From assembly GCA_012103475.1 (NCBI GenBank), contig WLWS01000006.1, forward strand, positions 136,518-200,517: a DNA stretch of 64,000 bases, written 5' to 3'. Position 1 is the stretch's first letter. Every line of letters starts with the position of its first letter. Below, one piece after another: positions 35,934 to 43,552 of the stretch. A program made the translations under genes and the position numbers. The notes beneath the pieces are model-generated. The model made no database searches, was not told the origin of the DNA, and saw only the letters and a program-made list of their open reading frames with translations. This DNA comes from Gammaproteobacteria bacterium (lineage in GTDB: Bacteria; Pseudomonadota; Gammaproteobacteria; Eutrophobiales; Eutrophobiaceae).

Positions 35934-37396
35934 ACTCTCATCTGCCCATCCTGATTTTTCTCGTGCCCTTTTTTGTGGGTGTATCGATGCCTATTCTCAC
36001 GGCAAAGCGACCTTCGCTATGCCCGGATATCACTTTGGCTGCGGTTATTGTTATGTTTTTGCTGGCAATAGCCAATCTTTATATGGTTCAGACAGAAGGG
36101 CCAATCGAGTATGCACTCGGTGGCTGGACTGCACCGATTGGTATCGCGTGGCTTAATGATTCGATTGCAGCAATTGTGGTTTTGACAGTCACTGTGGTGG
36201 CATTACTGACGCTGATCTATGGCCGGGTTATTGTTAGCGCCGATCTGGCAAAAAGTGTTCCTTACTATACGCTTATCCTTATCATGATTTCAGGCCTGGT
36301 TGGCCTCGTGTTTGCCGCAGACCTGTTTAATGTCTTTGTGTTTCTGGAAGTTGCCGCCTTATCTGGTTATGCACTGGTTGGTGCCGGGGGTGGGAAAGCG
36401 CAGGTTTATGCTTTTCGCTATCTACTGCTGGGTTCTTTTGGCGCAACACTTTATCTGCTGGGCCTTGGGCATCTCTACGTAGTCACCGGTACGCTCAATA
36501 TGGCGGATCTGGCGCTACGACTTCCTGAGTTAATGACATCTACAGCAGTAGTCGGCGGTCTTATCTATATTTTTCTTGGTCTTTCGATCAAGATGGCATT
36601 AATACCACTGCACAGCTGGTTGCCAGATGCGTATACCAACGCGCCCTCCGCAGTGACACCATTACTGGCCTCCACCGTCACCAAGGTCGCATTGGTAGCA
36701 TGGGTTCGCATTGAGTATTCGCTTATTGCGCCAAATGTTGAAGTCAGTCATGTGCCTGTGCTGGTGCTGTTAGAGGAACTAGGCGTTATCGCAGCACTCA
36801 TAGGCGGTGCGCTCGCTCTAATCCAGACCGATCTCAAGCGTATGTTTGCTTATGGCGGGATCAGTCATATTGGTTTGATTCTGATCGGTGTGAGTCTCGG
36901 CAATGACACGGGATTCGTAGGCGGCATGTTTTACCTGATCAATGACGCTGTCATGCAAGCAGCACTTTTCATGATTGCCGGTGCTATTCTTTATTACCAC
37001 AAGGCCCGTACACTTGATGATATACGCGGTGTGGGTCTGCACACTTCACCCTGGCTTACAGGGGCCCTGATAGTGGTCGCAGTAGCAATGGTAGGGTTGC
37101 CACCTACTGGCGGTTTTTTCGGCAAATGGAATATCATACTTGGTGCCCTGGAGGCAGAACACTACTTTGCCGTATTTGCGGTGATCGCATCAACACTGCT
37201 GACCTTCGGTTATTTCCTTAAAGTATTCGCCGCCTGGTTCCACCAGACTGAATTTGTCGAAGCAAAATCAATCAAGATCTCAAGTGGCTTGAGAGTCAGT
37301 TTGGGTGCTATATCAATCTTAATGATTGCGCTTGGGCTTATGAGTGATTCAGTTGTGCAAATTTTACTTGAATCAGTAAACAATGGAGGCATTTGA
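35930..37396 (+). CDS. mrpD: antiporter-like subunit, MrpD/NuoN/MbhH-type (Proton_antipo_M)
   Basis: YALGGWTAPIGIAWLNDS, HSWLPDAY and MFAYGGISHIG are typical of MrpD-class subunits. Confidence 0.8.
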   Translation: MNSHLPILIFLVPFFVGVSMPILTAKRPSLCPDITLAAVIVMFLLAIANLYMVQTEGPIEYALGGWTAPIGIAWLNDSIAAIVVLTVTVVALLTLIYGRVIVSADLAKSVPYYTLILIMISGLVGLVFAADLFNVFVFLEVAALSGYALVGAGGGKAQVYAFRYLLLGSFGATLYLLGLGHLYVVTGTLNMADLALRLPELMTSTAVVGGLIYIFLGLSIKMALIPLHSWLPDAYTNAPSAVTPLLASTVTKVALVAWVRIEYSLIAPNVEVSHVPVLVLLEELGVIAALIGGALALIQTDLKRMFAYGGISHIGLILIGVSLGNDTGFVGGMFYLINDAVMQAALFMIAGAILYYHKARTLDDIRGVGLHTSPWLTGALIVVAVAMVGLPPTGGFFGKWNIILGALEAEHYFAVFAVIASTLLTFGYFLKVFAAWFHQTEFVEAKSIKISSGLRVSLGAISILMIALGLMSDSVVQILLESVNNGGI

Positions 37397-37403
37397 GAAG
37401 ACC

Positions 37404-39491
37404 ATGTCGATTTACACACTGATTCCTTTTCTACCGCTGGCAGCCTCGCTGATCCTGACACTATTTGGCGAGCAGCTGCAGGGCAAAGGGCAGCGACTTG
37501 TGATTCCGGCAATTGCACTTTCATTTCTGCTTTCCATTATTGCCTTCCTCGAAGTTATTGCAAACGGCCCGATTAATGTACAACTCTATCAATTTCTGAA
37601 TGTAGGCAAGCTGGTTGTTGATATGGGCTTTTTTCTCGATCAGCTCACCGTACTTTTGCTGCTGCTGGTAACCGGGGTCAGCACTGTCGTGCAGGTCTAT
37701 GCCTCCCGTTACATGGTAGGCGATCCACGGCACAGCCGTTTTTTTGCGCTGACTGCAATGTTTACAGCTGCAATGACACTACTGGTAATGAGCAGCAACT
37801 TAATGATGACCTTCATTTTTTGGGAACTCATGGGACTGTGCTCGTATCTGCTGATATCACATTACGCCGAGCGCCCCAGTGCCGCACGTGCCGCAACAAA
37901 GGTATTTCTGGTTAATTCCGTCGCCGATGCCGGACTCTTAGTCGGTGTCGTTCTGACTTTTCTGACTTTTGGCACGCTCGATATTCAGGAGATTCTGGTA
38001 ATAGCAAAATCAGGTGCTGATGTTTCCGATCTGCCCATAACACTGTTAACGCTATGTCTATTTTGCGGTGCAGTCGGCAAATCTGCGCAAATGCCTGCGC
38101 ACGTCTGGTTACCTTTTGCGATGGAAGCGCCGACACCAGTATCCGCGCTGATTCATGCCGCAACAATGGTGAATGCCGGGCCTTTTTTACTCGTGCGCCT
38201 GAGCCCGGTTATTGTGCTTTCGCCTACTGCGATGACGGTTATCACTATCGTTGGCGCCATGACGGCACTGTTTGCCGCAGTCGTGTCCTTAACGCAAACC
38301 GATATTAAGCGAACACTTGCCTATTCCACCATAAGTCAGCTCGGCTTTATGGTTATGTTATGTGGTGTGGGCGCATTTGTGGCCGCTATTTTTCACCTTA
38401 TCGCACATGGCTTCTTCAAGGCCTTCCTGTTTCTGTCCACCGGCAACGCGCTTACTGCCACCCATCGTCATTTAGAGCATGAAGAGGAAACGCCGGCACT
38501 TGCCAGGAACGGACTCTTTGTTGGCGCCCTAATCATGTCGATTGTACCGGTGCTGGTGTTTTTCTCAGGTTCCTATCGTCACCTGTGGCTTTCACAGAGT
38601 TCTTCCACCGCGGAAATAGCCTTATGGATTGTTGGCCTTGCTACGATCTTTTTTACTGCGATGTATCTCTTCAAAAGTGTGACGACAATCTTCCGCCGTG
38701 GTCCCACGGGAGCTAAAGACAGTGAGCCCCTTGTTTCTCCAGACCTGTTCTCTGCACGTCACGTAATTGGCGTTGCTGTCATAGCAGCAATCATGATTGC
38801 ACTGTTAATTACAGTATGGCGCTGGTTTGCGGGTTTCCTCTCGCCAGCAGTAGGTGGTGCGCAGAGTCAGCTTGCATCGGAATTTTCTGTCTGGATACTG
38901 TTGCCCTTGCTTGTCGCCGTGGCGGGCTGGATAGTCGCTTATGTCCGATTCAGACGTCCGCGCTTGCAGCAGACCTCGGTTTTAAAGAAACGACTTTATG
39001 TCTTCTTCCTGAATAAAGGGTATTTCGATGACATTTATGAGGTATTTCTGGTCCGCCCGACTTTAAAACTTGCTGACTGGACCTGGAGAAAGATTGATCA
39101 GGGTATTATCGATAAGGTCATAATTTCACTCGGTACTATAAGTACAGCGCTTGCCCATCGTCTCGGTTACCTCGATGCAGCTATTGATAAGGGAGTCATG
39201 TCGGTTGGTACTGGCAGTACTGCAATTGCCCATCGCCTCGGCTATCTCGATGCTATTGTTGATAATCGTGTTACTTCGGTTGGCTCGGTCAGCATCGGTT
39301 TAGCCCGTTGGCTGGGCAGATTCGTCGATACAGAGGGCATTTCTAAAACGGTTGATGGATTAGGACGGAGCGTGGATGCGTCCGGACACGCGGCTAGACG
39401 CTATGAACCACACACACTACAACACAACCTGTTGGTGGTAGTATTGTGGCTGGTTGCAGCTCTGGGTTTTTTCTACTGGATCGGGGGATAA
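37404..39491 (+). CDS. antiporter-like subunit, NuoL/NdhF/MrpA-N-type (DabB candidate) with expanded C-terminal lateral-helix region
   Basis: FIFWELMGLCSYLLI, VGKSAQMPAHVWLPFAMEAPTPVSALIHAATMV and LAYSTISQLGFM are NuoL/NdhF hallmarks. The C-terminus has four tandem 25-26-aa units and a final TM anchor. An alternative ATG at 37383 overlaps the upstream gene. Confidence 0.8.
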   Translation: MSIYTLIPFLPLAASLILTLFGEQLQGKGQRLVIPAIALSFLLSIIAFLEVIANGPINVQLYQFLNVGKLVVDMGFFLDQLTVLLLLLVTGVSTVVQVYASRYMVGDPRHSRFFALTAMFTAAMTLLVMSSNLMMTFIFWELMGLCSYLLISHYAERPSAARAATKVFLVNSVADAGLLVGVVLTFLTFGTLDIQEILVIAKSGADVSDLPITLLTLCLFCGAVGKSAQMPAHVWLPFAMEAPTPVSALIHAATMVNAGPFLLVRLSPVIVLSPTAMTVITIVGAMTALFAAVVSLTQTDIKRTLAYSTISQLGFMVMLCGVGAFVAAIFHLIAHGFFKAFLFLSTGNALTATHRHLEHEEETPALARNGLFVGALIMSIVPVLVFFSGSYRHLWLSQSSSTAEIALWIVGLATIFFTAMYLFKSVTTIFRRGPTGAKDSEPLVSPDLFSARHVIGVAVIAAIMIALLITVWRWFAGFLSPAVGGAQSQLASEFSVWILLPLLVAVAGWIVAYVRFRRPRLQQTSVLKKRLYVFFLNKGYFDDIYEVFLVRPTLKLADWTWRKIDQGIIDKVIISLGTISTALAHRLGYLDAAIDKGVMSVGTGSTAIAHRLGYLDAIVDNRVTSVGSVSIGLARWLGRFVDTEGISKTVDGLGRSVDASGHAARRYEPHTLQHNLLVVVLWLVAALGFFYWIGG
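39096..39404 (+). repeat. four tandem 75-78-nt (25-26-aa) repeat units inside the NuoL-like gene
   Basis: Units start at D572, D598, D623 and D649: DQGIIDKVIISLGTISTALAHRLGYL / DAAIDKGVMSVGTGSTAIAHRLGYL / DAIVDNRVTSVGSVSIGLARWLGRFV / DTEGISKTVDGLGRSVDASGHAARRY. Units 1 and 2 are also very similar at the DNA level (gcccatcgtctcggttacctcgatgc vs gcccatcgcctcggctatctcgatgc). Confidence 0.85.
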
Positions 39492-39499
39492 ACAACGTT

Positions 39500-40972
39500 A
39501 TGGATTCACTATTTACAGACCACCTGCTGAGCTTGATGATCGCCATGCCATTTATCGGCATGGTTATTCTCGCATTTTTAAGTGACCGAAAATGGGTACT
39601 CACGACGACACTTGTTATCACACTGATCAACACGGCGCTCGCTTTCTTTCTCTGGAGTCAATTTGACCTCACCGAAACCGGCATGCAATTCGTTGAACGC
39701 CATCAATGGATGCCGACCTTCGGCATAGAATATGCCGTCGGTGTAGACGGCATCAGTCTGCTACTGGTACTGCTGACCACCTTCCTGCCGCCTCTTTGTG
39801 TGCTTGGATGCTGGGATTCAATCACCACCCGCTTGAAAGCCTTCATGATGTTGATCCTGCTCGTCGAAGGCGCCATGCTGGTTGTGTTTACTGCCCTGGA
39901 TGCTTTTCTATTCTTCATGCTCTGGGAAGTCACCATGGTGCCCATGTATTTCATGATTGTGCTGTGGGGCGGGCCGAATCGCGTCGCAGCCGGTTTGAAG
40001 TATGTCCTGTACAGCCTTACGGGAAGTTTACTTCTGCTCGTCGGTATATTGGGGCTTTCACTGCAGGCGGGTACTTTCGACATCATACAACTGGCAGATT
40101 TCAGTTATTCGGAGAAATCGGAATTCTGGATATTCCTCGCCCTGTTTCTGGGCTTTGCGATCAAACTTCCGATGCTGCCTTTTCACACCTGGCTTCCGGA
40201 TGCTCACTCCGAAGCGCCGACCGCGGGTAGTGTGCTGTTGGCAGGGGTACTCCTGAAAATGGGTGGCTATGGACTCATTCGTTTCTGTCTGCCCATCTTT
40301 CCAGAAATGGCGCATAGTTTTGCGCCGGCTGTGCTGTGGTTATCAGTTGCCGGTATTTTGTACGGCGGTTATATGGCGCTGGCACAAGAAGATCTGAAGA
40401 GACTGGTTGCCTATTCTTCCGTCTCGCATATGGGTTTTGTCACTCTGGGAATTTTCTCCTTCAATAACGAAGGTATCGAAGGCGCCATTTTGCAAATGAT
40501 GACCCATGGCCTGACTACCGGTGCAATGTTCCTGATAGTTGGTCAGCTATATGACCGCACACACAGTCGCAACATAGCTGACTATGGTGGTCTTCAGCAA
40601 CGCATGCCCAGATTCGTGGCCATTCTCAGCCTGTTTGCGGTCGCGTCATTCGGTTTACCTACAACATCTAATTTTATCGGCGAGTTCCTTATTCTTGTGG
40701 GTGTCTCCTACGAAAACTTTATCTTCGTCGTGCTGGCGATGGGCGGCATTGTCCTGGGTGCGGCCTACATGCTGTGGATGTTGCAGCGTGTTGCCTTCGG
40801 TCAGGCACGCACCGAAGCTGCTAGACAATTAACAGATCTGAATTTTCGGGAAATGCTGACAATACTTCCACTGGCTGTTGCTGTGGTAGGTATTGGCGTC
40901 TATCCAGGGCCATTTCTTGAGTCTATGGATGCCAGTGTGACTTACGTGGTTGAACGAATGGCTCAGCATTGA
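39500..40972 (+). CDS. antiporter-like subunit, NuoM/NdhD-type
   Basis: FGIEYAVGVDGISLLLVLLTTFL and FHTWLPDAHSEAPTAGSVLLAGVLLKMGGYGLIRF are NuoM hallmarks. Start set to ATG 39500, 8 nt after the upstream stop. Confidence 0.85.
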   Translation: MDSLFTDHLLSLMIAMPFIGMVILAFLSDRKWVLTTTLVITLINTALAFFLWSQFDLTETGMQFVERHQWMPTFGIEYAVGVDGISLLLVLLTTFLPPLCVLGCWDSITTRLKAFMMLILLVEGAMLVVFTALDAFLFFMLWEVTMVPMYFMIVLWGGPNRVAAGLKYVLYSLTGSLLLLVGILGLSLQAGTFDIIQLADFSYSEKSEFWIFLALFLGFAIKLPMLPFHTWLPDAHSEAPTAGSVLLAGVLLKMGGYGLIRFCLPIFPEMAHSFAPAVLWLSVAGILYGGYMALAQEDLKRLVAYSSVSHMGFVTLGIFSFNNEGIEGAILQMMTHGLTTGAMFLIVGQLYDRTHSRNIADYGGLQQRMPRFVAILSLFAVASFGLPTTSNFIGEFLILVGVSYENFIFVVLAMGGIVLGAAYMLWMLQRVAFGQARTEAARQLTDLNFREMLTILPLAVAVVGIGVYPGPFLESMDASVTYVVERMAQH

Positions 40973-41015
40973 TGCCATTCATGTCAGGGACTCCTCTTTA
41001 TTGAGCGGTATTAAG

Positions 41016-41720
41016 ATGTCAAACAACATATATCGCATCCTCATTTCATATTTTCTTTGCTGGGTGTTAAGCGCGAACGCTGCAGCTCAGATTGACGAGG
41101 ATCAGACGGGCGCATGGTACATGTATTTATGGAATACGGCATTTGAAGACAGTCAGTTTGGATTGCAAGGGGATATCCAGCACAGAAACTGGGACCTTGG
41201 AGGAGACCTGGAGCAGTTGCTGATCAGAGGCGGCCTTAGCTGGTCTCCCGAGCAAAGTAATGTGAAATACACTTTGGGTTATGCCAACATCACATCCGGC
41301 ACCTTTGGTTCTTCGTCAAGCACCTCAAATGAGCATCGAGCCTATCAGAAGGCATCGATTCCTCAACGATGGGGTAAAAAACTTTATATTGGTCATCGTC
41401 TCAGGTTGGAACAACGTTGGGTGGAAGATCAGGACTATCGCAATCGATTCCGTTATTTCCTCAGTGCTAATTATCCCTTGAACAAATCTGACTTGAGTCA
41501 GGGAAGTGTTTATCTGTCATTTTACAATGAGCTATTCATCAACCTGGAAAAAGATATTGGCAATGGCAGGAAGGTCGATAATTTCGATAGAAACCGAACT
41601 TATCTGGCTCTTGGCTATAGCTGGACTAATCAAATCAGACTTCAATTCGGCTATATGCATCAAAAAACGAAATCAGTAGATAAGGGTCAATTGCAGTTCA
41701 ATTTATTTCATTCGTTCTAA
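41016..41720 (+). CDS. putative outer-membrane beta-barrel protein (DUF2490-like)
   Basis: Signal peptide MSNNIYRILISYFLCWVLSANAAAQ. Alternating amphipathic strands rich in Y/W/R. C-terminal ...FNLFHSF with terminal Phe. The DUF2490 assignment is from memory of the family pattern. Confidence 0.55.
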   Translation: MSNNIYRILISYFLCWVLSANAAAQIDEDQTGAWYMYLWNTAFEDSQFGLQGDIQHRNWDLGGDLEQLLIRGGLSWSPEQSNVKYTLGYANITSGTFGSSSSTSNEHRAYQKASIPQRWGKKLYIGHRLRLEQRWVEDQDYRNRFRYFLSANYPLNKSDLSQGSVYLSFYNELFINLEKDIGNGRKVDNFDRNRTYLALGYSWTNQIRLQFGYMHQKTKSVDKGQLQFNLFHSF

Positions 41721-41747
41721 TTTGATGACAAACGTCGTTTACGGCGC

Positions 41748-42815
41748 CTAGTAGTTTACTTTTGGACTACCAGCAGGATAGAAGACACCCATCAGCCGCA
41801 TACCCGACGAATCAGTGCACTCGAGAGAATGAGCCTGTCTTTCAGGCAGGAATATCAAGTCCCCGGGAACGACTTTGGTTTTCTTTGTTGTTGTCCACAT
41901 CATGCCTTCACCTGACATAATAAATATCGCTTCTTCATACAGATGATGATGAAAAGCGGCTCTTGACCTGGGTACTTCACCAATAAACTGTGTGACCTGT
42001 TCACATCCGAGATCACTGTTAACCAGCTCCAGTAAATGACGGTCTGCCATGGTGTCGCGCTTACTTTGATCATAGGTGGCGCTACGAGATTTTAATTCTG
42101 AATTAAAATTGTCTGGCATTTCATCAAGAAGCTGCAGTTCAACATTGCCCGGACACACCGTGATAATTGCTTTCAGTTCATCAGATCCGAGATTTGTGAG
42201 ACGAAAGGCCTCATCAGCGCAAACGTATATACCGGTTTCTACCGGGGTGACCATCGTTTCTCCAGATATATTGATGTTACCGTTGCCAGCAGCAATATAG
42301 ATGACCACTTCTGAATCAGGAAAAGAGAGAACGGGACTCTCTCCCTGGCTGATCTGAGCTACGTATTGAGCAAGATGCCTGGCACCGGTTTCGTCAGAAA
42401 TGTTTTTCTTGATTGTGACATGATGATTGCTGAACTGCAGACTGCCATTGTCACGAACTACATAACAGCCATTGTCCAGCAAGGCTGTTTGAAACTCTCC
42501 ATCTTCACTATTTGTATAGTCGACCTCAGCCGCATCGGCGAAATCTTCTGGAGCGGCTTCTGCGTAGGTGTCAGATAAATTATTGTGAGCACCATCGCAG
42601 AAGGGAGCAGACTGGGTTTGTTTACAGGCACATAAAAGTACATCTTCGTCGCGCTCTGGAACATAACGTAAAGGCTCAAACGAGGATCCCTGATGAGCGC
42701 CATCACAAAAAGGCTGTTTCTGGCTAAGCCCACAGCTACACCAGGCATAAGGACGGCCAGCTTTTAGGGAGACAAGACAGGGTTTGAGGGCGCTGACAAA
42801 TGCTTTTTCAGTCAT
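41748..42815 (-). CDS. double CDGSH iron-sulfur domain protein fused to cupin domain(s)
   Basis: Two motifs, CSCGLSQKQPFCDGAH and CACKQTQSAPFCDGAH, with a C-terminal cupin-like section (HHHLYEEAIFIMSGEG...PERQAHS). Confidence 0.75.
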   Translation of the reverse strand: MTEKAFVSALKPCLVSLKAGRPYAWCSCGLSQKQPFCDGAHQGSSFEPLRYVPERDEDVLLCACKQTQSAPFCDGAHNNLSDTYAEAAPEDFADAAEVDYTNSEDGEFQTALLDNGCYVVRDNGSLQFSNHHVTIKKNISDETGARHLAQYVAQISQGESPVLSFPDSEVVIYIAAGNGNINISGETMVTPVETGIYVCADEAFRLTNLGSDELKAIITVCPGNVELQLLDEMPDNFNSELKSRSATYDQSKRDTMADRHLLELVNSDLGCEQVTQFIGEVPRSRAAFHHHLYEEAIFIMSGEGMMWTTTKKTKVVPGDLIFLPERQAHSLECTDSSGMRLMGVFYPAGSPKVNY

Positions 42816-42941
42816 AATTATTTTTGTGTAATTTAGGTTGTCACAGAATTAACAAGTGGCGCGCATATAAACACATTTATCAGAAGCACGAAAGTGAAAA
42901 AGTATCAATTTCAGGTTTACAGCACCCGACTCAGCTAATAT

Positions 42942-43430
42942 TTAATTTGCTTTCAGTTTAGCCGGGTCCCAGTGTTCCACCATCAGACCATCAACGATTC
43001 GAAACATATCGAACCAGGTTGTTGTGTATTTTTTCCCTGGTACGTTGGGATCTTCAAACTCCCTGAGCATACTGATGATGACCATATCACCTTCGGCACT
43101 TATCGATACCAGTCCATCCAGAGTATCCTTAAGCGGTCGTGGCTCGCTGCCGACGATTTGCCTGAGATAGTTTTTCATGCCGTCGAAGCCTGAAGCCTCA
43201 TTTGGATTATGATTAATCAGGTCTTTTGATACCAGCTCGTCGAGTTTGTCCAGTTGGCCAGCCATAACATAGCGATAAATATCATAAGCAACCCGTTTAT
43301 TTGCTGCCAATGTTGCTGAATCAGATTCGAGCAGTCTGGCTTGTTCCTGGGCAGGAACAGCTATAACCGGATAGGCAGCATAGCTTGTGGCAGAAATTAT
43401 GCTTAGTAGTGTTGCAATGATCAGTTTCAT
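42942..43430 (-). CDS. secreted SnoaL-like / NTF2-fold protein (predicted ester-cyclase type)
   Basis: Signal peptide MKLIIATLLSIISATSYA; ...LINHNPNEASGFDGMKNY...VEHWD pattern. Confidence 0.6.
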   Translation of the reverse strand: MKLIIATLLSIISATSYAAYPVIAVPAQEQARLLESDSATLAANKRVAYDIYRYVMAGQLDKLDELVSKDLINHNPNEASGFDGMKNYLRQIVGSEPRPLKDTLDGLVSISAEGDMVIISMLREFEDPNVPGKKYTTTWFDMFRIVDGLMVEHWDPAKLKAN

Positions 43431-43552
43431 TTGAGCTCCTGTATATCTACTTGTAATGATTAGAAGGAATGCTGTTCAGTCAGACTGGAATAGTAATCAA
43501 TTTTTTAATAAAACCCTATAAGCCTGAACAGATTTTCAGTATCCTGAATGTA

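Noticed and set aside
41730-41740. Palindrome aaacg-t-cgttt between the convergent DUF2490-like and CDGSH genes as a terminator
   Set aside because: The loop would be 1 nt (or a 4-bp stem with a 3-nt loop), which is too weak for a functional RNA hairpin.
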